The position numbers and the translations under genes were made by a program. A stretch of 64,000 nucleotides of DNA. Origin: Candidatus Latescibacterota bacterium. GTDB taxonomy: Bacteria; Latescibacterota; UBA2968; UBA8231. Below are positions 52,931 through 62,752 of the stretch, one piece after another. Numbering within the stretch: position 1 is the stretch's first letter; each line of letters starts with the position of its first letter. Under the pieces are notes generated by a model. The model saw nothing but the letters and a program-made list of their open reading frames with translations. It was not told the DNA's origin and made no database searches. The stretch lies in NCBI GenBank assembly GCA_965221775.1, contig CBDCSU010000004.1, forward strand, positions 736,001 to 800,000. Direction: 5' to 3'.

Positions 52931-54841
52931 ATGACACCCTTCCTCGAGGCCCTGCGCGAGGGGCCCCTGCTGGCCGACGGCGCCATGGGCTCCTACCTCT
53001 TCGAGCTGACCGGCCGCCTGTCGGAGGCGAACCACGTGTACGAGGCCTTCGGCGCCGAGCGGCCGGAGGTCCTGCGCCAGGTCGGCCTCGCCTACCTGCA
53101 GGCCGGCAGCCGCTGCCTCACCACCAACACCTTCGCCGGCAACCGCGCCTGCCTGGCCGCCGCCGGCCTCGGGCACCGCACCGCCGAGCTGAGCGCCGCC
53201 GCCGCCGCCGTCACCGGCGACGCCATCGACGAGTACTGCCGCGCCGCCGGCGAGGACCGCGGGCGCTTCTTCGTCCTCGGCTCGGTGGGCCCCACACCCT
53301 CCGGGGACGAGTCCGGCGACGCCCTGACGGAAGCCTACGGCGATCACCTCGCCGCCCTCGTCGCCGGCGGCGTCGACGCCCTGCTGCTGGAGACCTTCCG
53401 CTGCCTCGACCAGTTGCGCGGGGTCCTGGAACTCGTGGCGCGGACGGCCCCGGACCTGCCGGTGATCGCCCAGATGGCCCTGGAGCAGGACGGCGACGGC
53501 TGGTCCGTCGACCCCCTCCGGTTCGCCCGCACCGCTGCCGAGGGCGGCGCCTGCGCGGCCGGCATCAACTGCTGCACCCCCTGGGAGGCGGAGCGGTTCG
53601 TGGCGCAGGTGGCGGGCTCGGAGGAGGCGGCCGACAGCGGCCTGCTGGTCTCGGCCATGCCCAACGCCGGCGGCTTCCAGCACATCGGCAACCGCTACAT
53701 GACGCGGGTCAACCCGGAGTTCATGGGCCGCCTCGGGCGCACCTTGTGCGAGTCGGGGGCGCGGCTGGTGGGCGGCTGCTGCGAGATCCACCCGCCCCAC
53801 GTGGCGGAGATGGCCAACTACCTGCAGAGCCGCGCCGCCGGCGCCCGGTCCGTGGCCGTGGACTGGACCGGGGAGCGCGACCCTGCGGGCGTCGAGGCCA
53901 AGGCGGAGAACGGCGGCTTCTCGCGCAAGATCTTCAGCGGCGAGTTCGCCGTGAGCGTCGAGGTCCTGCCGCCGCGGGGCACGGCGCCGAAGCAGCTTCA
54001 GGCCAGCGTCGACTTCATCGGCCGCCTGGCCGAGTCCGGCCGGGCCGACGCCGTCGACATCACCGACGGCTCGCGGGGCATCCCGCTCATGCCGCCGGGA
54101 GACTTCGTCCACCTCCTGCGCCAGCGCCTCGGCTGGACCGCCGACGGCGGCGACGGCCTCGAGCTGATCCCCCACTTCACCTCGCGCGACCTGAACCTCA
54201 TGGGCGTGCAGGCGCGGCTGATCGGCTACTGGGCGAACCGCATCCACAACGTCCTCTTCATCACCGGCGACCCGCCCAAGATGGCGCCCACCTACCCCCG
54301 CTCCACCGCGGTCTTCGACGTCGACTCGGTGCAGATGATCCGCCTCACCCAGACGCGGCTGAACGCCGGCGTCGACTTCGGGGGCCAGCCCCTCGGCCGC
54401 CACCGGGACCCGCGCACGCGCTTCACCATCGGCACCGGCGTCGAGCCGGAGGCCCCCGCCCGCGAGCGCGAGCTGGACCGGCTGCGGCGCAAGATCGACG
54501 CCGGCGCCGACTACGTCATGACTCAGCCCGCCTTCCGGCCCGATGCGCTCGACGGCCTGGAGCCCTTCCGGGAGCGCGTGGCGGTCCTGGCGGGGGTGCT
54601 CGTCCTGCGGGGGCTGGAGCACGCCCTGCGCATGCGCGCCGTGCCGGGGATGGTCGTGCCCGACGAGGTGGTGGCGCGCCTGGGGTCCTGCCGCGAGGCG
54701 GCCGACCAGGCGCGGGCAGGGGCGGAGATCGCCGCCGGGCAGATCCGGCGGCTGCGGGAGGAGGGGTGGGCGGGGGTCTACCTCATGTCGCCCGCCGGGC
54801 ACGGTCCGGTCCTGGACGTGCTGGCCGAGGGGCTCGGCTAG
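52931..54841 (+). CDS. Bifunctional homocysteine S-methyltransferase / methylenetetrahydrofolate reductase (YitJ-like)
   Basis: LADGAMG, TNTF, GINC, PNAG, GGCC; EVLPPRG, ITGDPP, KIDAGADYVMTQP. Confidence 0.92.
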   Translation: MTPFLEALREGPLLADGAMGSYLFELTGRLSEANHVYEAFGAERPEVLRQVGLAYLQAGSRCLTTNTFAGNRACLAAAGLGHRTAELSAAAAAVTGDAIDEYCRAAGEDRGRFFVLGSVGPTPSGDESGDALTEAYGDHLAALVAGGVDALLLETFRCLDQLRGVLELVARTAPDLPVIAQMALEQDGDGWSVDPLRFARTAAEGGACAAGINCCTPWEAERFVAQVAGSEEAADSGLLVSAMPNAGGFQHIGNRYMTRVNPEFMGRLGRTLCESGARLVGGCCEIHPPHVAEMANYLQSRAAGARSVAVDWTGERDPAGVEAKAENGGFSRKIFSGEFAVSVEVLPPRGTAPKQLQASVDFIGRLAESGRADAVDITDGSRGIPLMPPGDFVHLLRQRLGWTADGGDGLELIPHFTSRDLNLMGVQARLIGYWANRIHNVLFITGDPPKMAPTYPRSTAVFDVDSVQMIRLTQTRLNAGVDFGGQPLGRHRDPRTRFTIGTGVEPEAPARERELDRLRRKIDAGADYVMTQPAFRPDALDGLEPFRERVAVLAGVLVLRGLEHALRMRAVPGMVVPDEVVARLGSCREAADQARAGAEIAAGQIRRLREEGWAGVYLMSPAGHGPVLDVLAEGLG

Positions 54842-54980
54842 ACCCTGCGCGCAGTCTCGGGTGACGCGCTGCGCCGATGCACGGCTCGCGGCGTTGCGCT
54901 CTGTCGGTGAGTCCCCTACCGCTTCCGCCGCGCGCCTTGCGGGCCCGGCGCCGCGGCGCACTCCTCCGGGCGCGGGCCTG
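54841..54980. repeat. Long imperfect palindrome (REP/MITE-like) between convergent genes
   Basis: tgcgccg...ggctcgcggcgttgcgc...cggt/accg...gcgcgccttgcgggcc...cggcgca nested stems. Confidence 0.4.
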
Positions 54981-54992
54981 ACGGACGCGGGC

Positions 54993-56348
54993 TCAGGCGC
55001 CCGCCGCCCAGCGGCGGCGCACCGCCTCCAGGGCCGAGTCGCGATCCGGCAGGCGGCCCTCCAGCTGCTCGTCCTCCACCCAGCGCAGGATCTCGCCGAA
55101 GGCCGGACCCGGCCGCAGCCCGAGGCTGACGAGGTCGCGGCCGCTGAGCAGCGGCGGCGGCCGCAGCGGGTCCCCCTCCTCGTCGCCGGCCGCCCGCAGC
55201 GCCTCCTGGCAGAACTCGTGGAGATCGAGCATCCCGTGGCTCGCCAGGCAGTCGATGCGGTGCAGCTCGAGGAGCTGGTCGAAGCCGTCCTGGCGCAGGA
55301 AGCGCTTGAGCTTGCCGGGGCGCATGTGCCGGGCGTTGGGGAAGCGCATGTGCTGGGCGGTGAGCATGCGCACGCGCTCGGCGTCGCGGTTGGAGAACCG
55401 CAGGCGGCGGGCGATCTCCTCCACCATCTCGGCGCCGAGCTGGTCGTGGCCGTGGAAGCGGATGCGGTCGGACTCGGTGAAGGTGGGCGGCTTGCCCACG
55501 TCGTGGAGCAGGACCCCCCAGGCCAGGGTCGGCGGCGGATCGGCGAGGCTGTCGACCTGCTCCAGCATGAGCAGCACGTGCCGCCAGACATCGCCCTCGG
55601 GGTGGTGCTCCGGAGGCTGCCGGACGCCTTCGAGGGCGGCCACCTCGGGCAGGACGCGCTCCAGGAGGGCCAGCTCCCGCAGCAGCCCGAAGCCGCGGGC
55701 GGCGGCGCCCTCGACGAGGATCCGCGTCAGCTCGTCGCGCACGCGCTCGGCGGAGAGGGCGTCGACCATGTGGGCGCACTCGCGGATCGCCAGCCGGGTG
55801 CCGGCCTCGATCTCGAAGCCGAGGCTCGCGGCGAGGCGCACGGCCCGCAGGGTGCGCAGCCCGTCCTCGGCGAAGCGCTCGGCGGGATCGCCGATGGCGC
55901 GGACGAGCCGGGCCTTCAGGTCCTCCACTCCGCCGACGAAATCGATCACCCCCTCGCCGCCGGGATCGTGGAACAGGCCGTTGATGGTGAAGTCGCGGCG
56001 GCGGGCGTCCTCCTCGGGGCCGGTGAACTCGACCCGCTCCGGGTGCCGGCCGTCGGCGTACGGCCCCTCGCGCCGGAAGCGGGCCACGTGGTACTCGCCC
56101 TCCTCCAGGCGCACGAGGACGATGCCGAACTGCGCCCCCACGGGGACGGCGCGCTCGAAGAGGTCCATCACCTGGCCGGGGTCGGCGTCGGTGGCCACGT
56201 CCCAGTCCTTCGGCCGGCGGCGCAGCAGCAGGTCGCGGACGCCGCCGCCGGCGAGGTAGGCCCTGTGGCCGGCGCCGCGGAGACGCTCGATCACCGCCGC
56301 CGCGCCGGGATCGACCTGCCCGGGATCGATGGGACCTACTTGCCCCAT
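54993..56348 (-). CDS. cca: CCA-adding tRNA nucleotidyltransferase with HD domain
   Basis: GGGVRDLLL..PKDWDVAT, RRDFTIN, EDGLRTLRAVR, HHPEGDVW.H, LLHDVGKP. Confidence 0.92.
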   Translation of the reverse strand: MGQVGPIDPGQVDPGAAAVIERLRGAGHRAYLAGGGVRDLLLRRRPKDWDVATDADPGQVMDLFERAVPVGAQFGIVLVRLEEGEYHVARFRREGPYADGRHPERVEFTGPEEDARRRDFTINGLFHDPGGEGVIDFVGGVEDLKARLVRAIGDPAERFAEDGLRTLRAVRLAASLGFEIEAGTRLAIRECAHMVDALSAERVRDELTRILVEGAAARGFGLLRELALLERVLPEVAALEGVRQPPEHHPEGDVWRHVLLMLEQVDSLADPPPTLAWGVLLHDVGKPPTFTESDRIRFHGHDQLGAEMVEEIARRLRFSNRDAERVRMLTAQHMRFPNARHMRPGKLKRFLRQDGFDQLLELHRIDCLASHGMLDLHEFCQEALRAAGDEEGDPLRPPPLLSGRDLVSLGLRPGPAFGEILRWVEDEQLEGRLPDRDSALEAVRRRWAAGA

Positions 56349-56413
56349 TCCGGGACCCCGGCTAGGCTCTGGGCTCGGCCCGCCGAGTGGGCGAGGGAGG
56401 AGACGGAGGAGAG

Positions 56414-57031
56414 ATGAGTGGGAACGACGTGAAGGCCGCCAGAGCGCTGCTGAGCACCTCGGACCGGTCGGGGCTGGCGGAGTTCGCCGCGGCCCTGGCC
56501 GAGCTGGGCATCGAGCTGGTGAGCACCGGCGGCACCGGGCGGGCCCTGCGCGAGGCGGGCCTGGAGGTGACCGAGGTCTCGGAGGTCACGGGGTTCCCGG
56601 AGATGATGGACGGACGAGTGAAGAGCCTGCACCCCAGGATCCACGGCGGCCTCCTCGGGCTGCGCGACAACGCCGAGCACATGGCCACCCTGGAGAGTCA
56701 CGGGATCGCGCCTTTCGAGCTGGTCTGCGTCAACCTCTACCCCTTCGAGCAGGCCATCTCCCGCCCCGGCTGCACCCTGGCCGAGGGGATCGAGAACATC
56801 GACATCGGCGGCCCCGCCATGCTGCGCTCGGCGGCCAAGAACCACGCCTCGATCTACGTGGTCAGCTCTCCCGGCCAGTACCCGGAGACGATCGCGCGGC
56901 TGCGCGCCGACGGCGGCCGCATCGACCCCGCGTACGGCATGCGCCTGGCGGTGGAGGCCTACCGCCTCACGGCGCGCTACGACACCGCCGTCAGCGGCTG
57001 GCTCGCCGCCCGCGCCGAGCCCTCCTCCTGA
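56414..57031 (+). CDS. Stand-alone IMP cyclohydrolase (PurH N-terminal MGS-like domain)
   Basis: RALLS.SD, STGGT, TGFPEMMDGRVKSLHPRIHGG, VNLYPF, ENIDIGGPAMLRSAAKNH, TARYD then stop. Confidence 0.88.
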   Translation: MSGNDVKAARALLSTSDRSGLAEFAAALAELGIELVSTGGTGRALREAGLEVTEVSEVTGFPEMMDGRVKSLHPRIHGGLLGLRDNAEHMATLESHGIAPFELVCVNLYPFEQAISRPGCTLAEGIENIDIGGPAMLRSAAKNHASIYVVSSPGQYPETIARLRADGGRIDPAYGMRLAVEAYRLTARYDTAVSGWLAARAEPSS

Positions 57032-57041
57032 GCCCCGCCGC

Positions 57042-58163
57042 TCACCGCCCCTCCCCCGTCAGCACCTGGCGCAGGCGCCGGGCCGCGACCTCCTCCTCCC
57101 CCTCTTCCATCATGTAGGGGTTGAACTCGACGGACCGCTCCCCGTGGAAGACCTCGATCCGGGGGTCGCCCGCGGACAGGGCCCGCGCCGCGCCGGCCCC
57201 GTCGAGGCCCACGGCCTCCGGGTCCCAGGTCACGTTCAGGCCGGGGGCGACGTTGGAGCGCCCCGTGTGCTCGTTGACCGCGGTCTCCACCGTATCCAGG
57301 TCCCGCACGGCGCCGCCGATCACCTCCAGGCGCCGCAGCCAGTCCCGCCACTCCGCCGCGTGGTCGCGCCGCACCCACATCTCCACCGCCGCCAGCAGCC
57401 CCATCACCTCTTCCTTGCCCGCCTTCATGGGCCGGCCCAGGGAGTGGTGGGGGGCGCCGTTGCGGAACGCCGCCTGGAGCAACTCCTTGTCGCCGAGGAT
57501 CAGGCCCGAGGCCTGGGGGCCGCGCAGGCACTTGCCGCCGCTGTAGGCGACGGCGCTGGCGCCCTCGGCGAGGTAGCGGTTGGGCACGTCCGGGCGCTCG
57601 GCGGCGGCGTCGACGAGACTGGGGATGCCGTGGCGGCGGCCGACGGCGGTCATCTCCGGGATCGGGATCGTCCCGCGGTCGCCGGCGTCGCCGAAGATCA
57701 GCAGCATCGCCGTTCGCTCGCTCACCGCCGCCTCCAGCTCCTCCAAGGTCTCGACCTCGATCAGGCGCGCGCCGGTCATGCGCACGGCGCGGTCGTACCC
57801 GTGGCGGTGGCTCTTCTGCACGATCACCTCGTCCTTCATGCCCGTCGCGTCGGGCAGGCGCTCCATCTTCTCGCCGTCGGTGCCGGCCACGCAGGCGGCG
57901 GTCACCTGGCAGAGGGCGGCGGCGCAGCCGTTGACGATGAGACCCCACTCGCACTCCATCAGCTCGGCGATGCGCGCGCCCACGGCCTCGGCCAGCTCGT
58001 CGAGGTGGACGTAGCGCCTGGAGGCCTCCTCCATGGCCGCCCTCGCCTCGGGCAGCAGCAGGGAGCCGCTGATGATGGTGTAGGTGCCGCGGCAGTTGAT
58101 CAGCGGCCGCACGCCGATGGTGTCGTACGTCGGGAACCGCAGGCCGGGGGCCTCTCCACTCAC
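57042..58163 (-). CDS. SelA-like/DgaE-like PLP-dependent enzyme
   Basis: IGVRPLINCRGTYTIISGS, VDAAAE, YSGGKCLRGPQASG, GRPMKAGKEE. Confidence 0.82.
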   Translation of the reverse strand: MSGEAPGLRFPTYDTIGVRPLINCRGTYTIISGSLLLPEARAAMEEASRRYVHLDELAEAVGARIAELMECEWGLIVNGCAAALCQVTAACVAGTDGEKMERLPDATGMKDEVIVQKSHRHGYDRAVRMTGARLIEVETLEELEAAVSERTAMLLIFGDAGDRGTIPIPEMTAVGRRHGIPSLVDAAAERPDVPNRYLAEGASAVAYSGGKCLRGPQASGLILGDKELLQAAFRNGAPHHSLGRPMKAGKEEVMGLLAAVEMWVRRDHAAEWRDWLRRLEVIGGAVRDLDTVETAVNEHTGRSNVAPGLNVTWDPEAVGLDGAGAARALSAGDPRIEVFHGERSVEFNPYMMEEGEEEVAARRLRQVLTGEGR

Positions 58164-59380
58164 AGCACGTCCTCCGCGTGTTCGGCCAGGTGGGCCTCCA
58201 TGGAGGCCATCCCGGCGCTGGGGTCGAGGTGGACGCCCTGGCGCGCAAAGGCGACACCGAGGGCGTGCAGGGTACGGAACAGGTTCGGCGCCCGGCACTG
58301 CTCCCCCATCTGGCCGATACGCACGGCCGGGATGCCGAAGGAGTCGGCGATGAGCACCTTGAAGCGGTCGGTCATGTACTTGCGGGCGACGCCGTCGTCG
58401 ACGCCGTGGGGGACGCGGATCGCCAGGACCGAGTTCAGGCGGTACTCGGCGGGGGCGTAGAGCTCCAGGCCCATCGCCTCGACGCCGGCCTGCAGGGCCA
58501 GGGAGCTGTGCAGGTGGCGCTTGAAGCGCCGCTCCAGGGTCTCCTCGATGATCAGGCGCAGGGCCTCGTGGAGGGCCAGCAGCGCGGGCACCGGCGCCGT
58601 GTAGTGGTAGGCGTGCTCGCCCCAGAACCGCTCCGCCCGGGCCGCGTCGAGGCACCAGTGGGGCCTGGGGCCTTCGCGGCCCTGGATCACCTCCCAGGCC
58701 CGGGGGGAGAAGGAGATGAGGGAGACGCCGGGCAGCGACGACAGCCCCTTCTGGCTGCCGGTGACGACCACGTCGATGCCCCAGTCGTCCTTCTTCAGCG
58801 GCATCGTGCTCAGGGTGCAGACGGCGTCGACGATGGTCAGGGCGCCGTGGTCGCGGGCCAGGGCCACGATCTGCTGCAGGTCGCCGGTGAGGACGCCGGA
58901 GGAGGTCTCCCCCTGCACCAGGGTCACGGCGTCGAAGCGCCCCTTGCCCAGGGCCGCCTCGACCATGCCGGCGCAGACGGGCCGGCCCTCGGGCCCCTCC
59001 AGGACCGTCACCTCGGCGCCGACGCCGGCGGCCATCTCGGCGAAGCGGCTGCTGAACAGCCCGTTCTGGCAGACCAGCACCCGGCGCCCGGGCCACAGCA
59101 GGTTGCCCACGGCCATCTCCATCGCCGCCGAGGCCGGTCCGGAGACGCCGTAGATGCGCTCGTCGCGGGTCTGGAAGACGTAGCGCGACATCTCGCGGAT
59201 GTGGCGCACCACCATGGCCATGGTGTCGCCCACGTGGTTGATGACCATGCCGCCGGCGCGCGCCACCTCCGCCGGCACCGGCACCGGGCCGGCCGTCATC
59301 AGCAGCAGCGGCTCGGCGGGCAGGACCTGGGTCAGGGGGGGCGGCTGCGGCCGCCGGATGTCCTTGTCCACGGGGGTCAC
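58160..59380 (-). CDS. Class V aminotransferase (alanine/serine--glyoxylate family)
   Basis: LMTAGP, AAMEMA, GETSSGV, VDAVC, TGSQKGL, YHYTAP. Confidence 0.9.
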   Translation of the reverse strand: MTPVDKDIRRPQPPPLTQVLPAEPLLLMTAGPVPVPAEVARAGGMVINHVGDTMAMVVRHIREMSRYVFQTRDERIYGVSGPASAAMEMAVGNLLWPGRRVLVCQNGLFSSRFAEMAAGVGAEVTVLEGPEGRPVCAGMVEAALGKGRFDAVTLVQGETSSGVLTGDLQQIVALARDHGALTIVDAVCTLSTMPLKKDDWGIDVVVTGSQKGLSSLPGVSLISFSPRAWEVIQGREGPRPHWCLDAARAERFWGEHAYHYTAPVPALLALHEALRLIIEETLERRFKRHLHSSLALQAGVEAMGLELYAPAEYRLNSVLAIRVPHGVDDGVARKYMTDRFKVLIADSFGIPAVRIGQMGEQCRAPNLFRTLHALGVAFARQGVHLDPSAGMASMEAHLAEHAEDVL

Positions 59381-59393
59381 GGGGGGGCCTCGT

Positions 59394-60797
59394 TCAGATG
59401 TTGATCGACCGGCCGAAAGCGGCGGCGGCCGCCTCCATCACCCCCTCCGACAGGGTCGGGTGGGCGTGCACGGTGCCGGCCAGCTCCTCCCAGGTCGCCT
59501 CCAGGGTCAGGGCCAGACCCAGCTCGGCGATCAGCTCGGTGGCCTCGGGACCGGCGATGGAGGCTCCCAGCAGCTCGCCGTAGCGGGCCCCGAAGACCAG
59601 CTTGATCAGCCCCGCCGTGTCGCCCGAGGCGCGCGCCCGGCCGCTGGCGGTGAGGGGGAAGCGGCCCACCTTCACCTCGATCCCCCGGTCCTCGGCCTGG
59701 GCCTGGGTCAGGCCGACGCTGGCCACCTCCGGGTCGCTGTAGATGCACCGCGGGATCGACGCCGGGTCCGGTCTGCCCCGCCCCTGGCCGGCCATCGCCT
59801 CGGCCGCCGCGGCTCCCTCGGCCGAGGCGGCGTGGGCCAGCTGCGGCGGCCCGATGAGGTCGCCGATGGCGTAGACCCCCGGCACCGGGGTCTGGTAGGC
59901 GTCGTCCACGGGGACCCGGCCGCGGTCGGCGCGCAGGCCGAGGGCGGCCAGCCCGAGCCCGCCGGCGTTGGCGGTGACGCCCACGGCCATGAGCACGCGC
60001 TCGCCCTTGACCTCGGCGGGGCCCTCCGGGCCTTCGAAGGCCACGGTGGCGCGCCGGGCCCTGGCCGGGGTCTTCACCCCGGTGACGCGGACGCCGGTGT
60101 GCACCTCCACCCCGTCGGCCTCCAGGCCGGCGGTGAGGACGGCTGCCGTCTCCGGATCCTCTTCGGGCAGGACCTGCGGCTGGGCCTCCAGCAGCGTCAC
60201 CTCGGTGCCGAAGGCGCCGTAGAACGACGCGAACTCCACGCCGATGGCGCCGGCGCCGATGATCACCAGGGTACCGGGGCGCTGCGGCAGGACCATGGCC
60301 TCGCGGCTGGAGATCACCCGCTCGCCGTCGATCTCGACGCCGGGCAGGCTCGCCGGCCGTCCGCCCGTGGCCAGCAGGATCCGCTCCGCCCGCAGGCGGA
60401 CGGGGTCGCCGTCGTCGGGAACCACCTCGACCTCGCGGCTGGGGGTGAGCCTCCCGCGGCCGCGAACCACCTCGACGCGGTTCTTCTTCATCAATGCGGA
60501 GACGCCGCCGGCCAGCTCCTCGACGACGCCGCGGCTGCGGGCGATCACCCGCTCCCAGTCGTGGCCGATGTCGCCGGTGGTGAGGCCGAACTCCTCCGCC
60601 CGGCGCAGCAGCCGCAGCACCTGGGCCTGGCGCAGCAGGGCCTTGGTGGGGATGCAGCCCCAGTTGAGGCAGGTGCCTCCGAGACGTTCCTCGGCCTCCA
60701 CCAGCGCGACGCGCAGGCCGAGCTGGGAGGCGCGGATGGCGGCGGCGGAGCCGCCGGGGCCGCCGCCGATGACTACGAGATCGATAGAGTCGCTCAT
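59394..60797 (-). CDS. lpdA: Dihydrolipoyl dehydrogenase
   Basis: GGGPGG, GGTCLNWGCIPTK, GAGAIGVE, AIGD, HAHPTLSE. Confidence 0.95.
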   Translation of the reverse strand: MSDSIDLVVIGGGPGGSAAAIRASQLGLRVALVEAEERLGGTCLNWGCIPTKALLRQAQVLRLLRRAEEFGLTTGDIGHDWERVIARSRGVVEELAGGVSALMKKNRVEVVRGRGRLTPSREVEVVPDDGDPVRLRAERILLATGGRPASLPGVEIDGERVISSREAMVLPQRPGTLVIIGAGAIGVEFASFYGAFGTEVTLLEAQPQVLPEEDPETAAVLTAGLEADGVEVHTGVRVTGVKTPARARRATVAFEGPEGPAEVKGERVLMAVGVTANAGGLGLAALGLRADRGRVPVDDAYQTPVPGVYAIGDLIGPPQLAHAASAEGAAAAEAMAGQGRGRPDPASIPRCIYSDPEVASVGLTQAQAEDRGIEVKVGRFPLTASGRARASGDTAGLIKLVFGARYGELLGASIAGPEATELIAELGLALTLEATWEELAGTVHAHPTLSEGVMEAAAAAFGRSINI

Positions 60798-60886
60798 GAC
60801 GTTGACGGGAAAAGAGGAAACGTCCTAATCTAACCCACCCTTCCTTGTAGCTCCACGCTCCTCAGCCCCGATTCCTTCCCGCAGCG

Positions 60887-61366
60887 ATGGAGACGGCCGT
60901 GAGTCCCTCCGAGGATCCCCTCGTCATCTACAGCGACGGCGCCTGCTCCGGAAACCCCGGACCGGGCGGCTGGGCGGTGGTGATGCGCTACCCGGACGGC
61001 CGCACCGTGGAGCGGGGCGGCGCCGTGGCCGACACGACCAACAACCGCATGGAGATCCAGGCCGCCATCGAGGGCCTGAAGGAGGCGGGCGCCGCCGGCG
61101 CCGTGGTCATGGTCACCGACAGCGAGTACCTGCGCAAGGGCATCACCGAGTGGATCCACGGCTGGAAGCGGCGGGGGTGGAGGACGGCGGCGAAGAAGCC
61201 GGTCCTCAACCAGGACTTGTGGAGGGAGCTGGACCGCCTCAACTCCGGCGCCGTGGAGTGGCGCTACACCCGCGCCCATGCCGGCGACCCGGGCAACGAG
61301 CGCTGCGACGAGATCGCCCACGCCTTCTCCCAAGGCTGGGAGCCGGCGCTCAACCTCACCGCCTGA
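60887..61366 (+). CDS. rnhA: Ribonuclease HI
   Basis: YSDGACSGNPGPGGW, TTNNRME, TDSEY, NQDLW, HAG..GNERCD. Confidence 0.97.
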   Translation: METAVSPSEDPLVIYSDGACSGNPGPGGWAVVMRYPDGRTVERGGAVADTTNNRMEIQAAIEGLKEAGAAGAVVMVTDSEYLRKGITEWIHGWKRRGWRTAAKKPVLNQDLWRELDRLNSGAVEWRYTRAHAGDPGNERCDEIAHAFSQGWEPALNLTA

Positions 61367-61379
61367 CCGCCGCGGTGGC

Positions 61380-62156
61380 TCACAGCCAGCCGCGCAGCCG
61401 GTAGACCACCAGACCCGCGTACTCCTTCACCGCCCGCGTGCTGCTCTCCAGGGCCTCCAGGTCCGGCAGCAGCCGCCAGGGCGAGAACGGCTTGTCGACG
61501 ACGCGGAAGTCGGTCGGCGCCGGCACCAAGTCGACCCCCGCCTTGCGGAAGACCGCCGCCGCCCGGGGCATGTGCCGGGCCGAGGTCACCAGCAGCACCC
61601 GCTTCATTCCCCTCTCTTCCAGGAGCCGCGCCGTGTGCACCGCGTTCTCGCGGGTGTTGCGCGAGCGGCTCTCCAGCAGCAGCTGCCCCGGCTCGACGCC
61701 GAGCTCGGCCGCGAGACGGGCCATGCGCGCCGCCTCCGGGAGGCCGGAACCGGTGAGGAAGGGGACGGCGCCGCCGCTGAGGATCAGTCGCGGCGCCCGG
61801 CCGGCGCGCAGCAGCCGCAGGCCGTGGAGCAGGCGGTCGAAGGAGCCGTTCACCTCCACCTCGATGCGCGGCGGCAGCGGCGGCAGGGTCGCGCCTCCGA
61901 GGACGACGATGGCGTCGGCGAGGGGATACTCCTCCACCGGCGCCGGCGGGTAGCGCGACTCCAGGGAGCCGAGGAGCAGGCCGGCGGCCATGGGGTTGCT
62001 CGCCGCCAGGATCACGGCGATGCCGGCGAGCAGGCAGCGCCGCGCCCCCACGGTCCGGCCCCGCCAGCGCAGCAGGGCGGCCGCCGCCCACAGGCAGGCC
62101 GCCGCGCCCAGGGGATAGACCAGGGGCGCCAGCAGCTTCGAGAGGAAGAGGAACAC
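61380..62156 (-). CDS. YdcF/DUF218 family membrane protein
   Basis: DAIVVLGG, LILSGG, SRNTRENA, LLVTSARHMPRA. Confidence 0.9.
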   Translation of the reverse strand: MFLFLSKLLAPLVYPLGAAACLWAAAALLRWRGRTVGARRCLLAGIAVILAASNPMAAGLLLGSLESRYPPAPVEEYPLADAIVVLGGATLPPLPPRIEVEVNGSFDRLLHGLRLLRAGRAPRLILSGGAVPFLTGSGLPEAARMARLAAELGVEPGQLLLESRSRNTRENAVHTARLLEERGMKRVLLVTSARHMPRAAAVFRKAGVDLVPAPTDFRVVDKPFSPWRLLPDLEALESSTRAVKEYAGLVVYRLRGWL

Positions 62157-62696
62157 TCAGTCCGGCAGCGGCAGGCGCAGGCGCCGGGCCATGTCGCAGG
62201 TGACCGCCGCCAGTTGCTCGACGCGCTGGCGCACCTCGTCGCTGGTGATCGACTCGCCGTCGAAGTCGTCGGTGATGGCGTAGACTTGGCGCGGCACGAC
62301 CCAGGCGCGCAGGTCGAACATCAGGCTCTGCACCACCGACAGCACGCTCATGTAGCCGAAGCGCCCCCCGGCCGTCGCCATGAGGCCCACGACCTTGCCC
62401 GCCATGGCCGGTCCGCAGTGCTCGATGACCGCCTTCAGGGTGGCGTTCATGTTGAAGTTGTACACCGGGAAGCAGAGGATCACTCCGTGGGCCCCGGCGA
62501 GCTGGTCCCGCATCTTCTCGGCGCCGTCGGAGTTTCCCTCCCCGTAGGGCAGGATGCTCCCCGCCTGGGTCTCGAGCATCAGGGGGCTGGCCCCCTGGCC
62601 GCGCAGGGCTTCGCCCATGGACCGGCAGAGCACGGCCGTGAGGCTGGAGGCGGCGCCGGCGTCGACGACGGCGATGCGGGGGGTATTCTCGGTCAT
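62157..62696 (-). CDS. NADPH-dependent FMN reductase
   Basis: PVYNFNMNATLKAVIE, GKVVGLMATAGG. Confidence 0.85.
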   Translation of the reverse strand: MTENTPRIAVVDAGAASSLTAVLCRSMGEALRGQGASPLMLETQAGSILPYGEGNSDGAEKMRDQLAGAHGVILCFPVYNFNMNATLKAVIEHCGPAMAGKVVGLMATAGGRFGYMSVLSVVQSLMFDLRAWVVPRQVYAITDDFDGESITSDEVRQRVEQLAAVTCDMARRLRLPLPD

Positions 62697-62752
62697 GGCG
62701 GCGTTTGGGCGGCGGCTTAATATATGCCGACCACAACCGAGGAGAGATCCCC

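Noticed and set aside
1040-55591. Many long alternative-frame and antisense ORFs (e.g. 4177-7467, 25069-29412, 25149-29786, 52796-55591)
   Set aside because: Arg/Pro/Gly-rich or antisense shadows of real genes, expected at this GC content; no family motifs.
57042-58163. selA / selenocysteine machinery
   Set aside because: Short SelA-like protein lacking the SelA N-terminal domain; no selB, selC or selD nearby.
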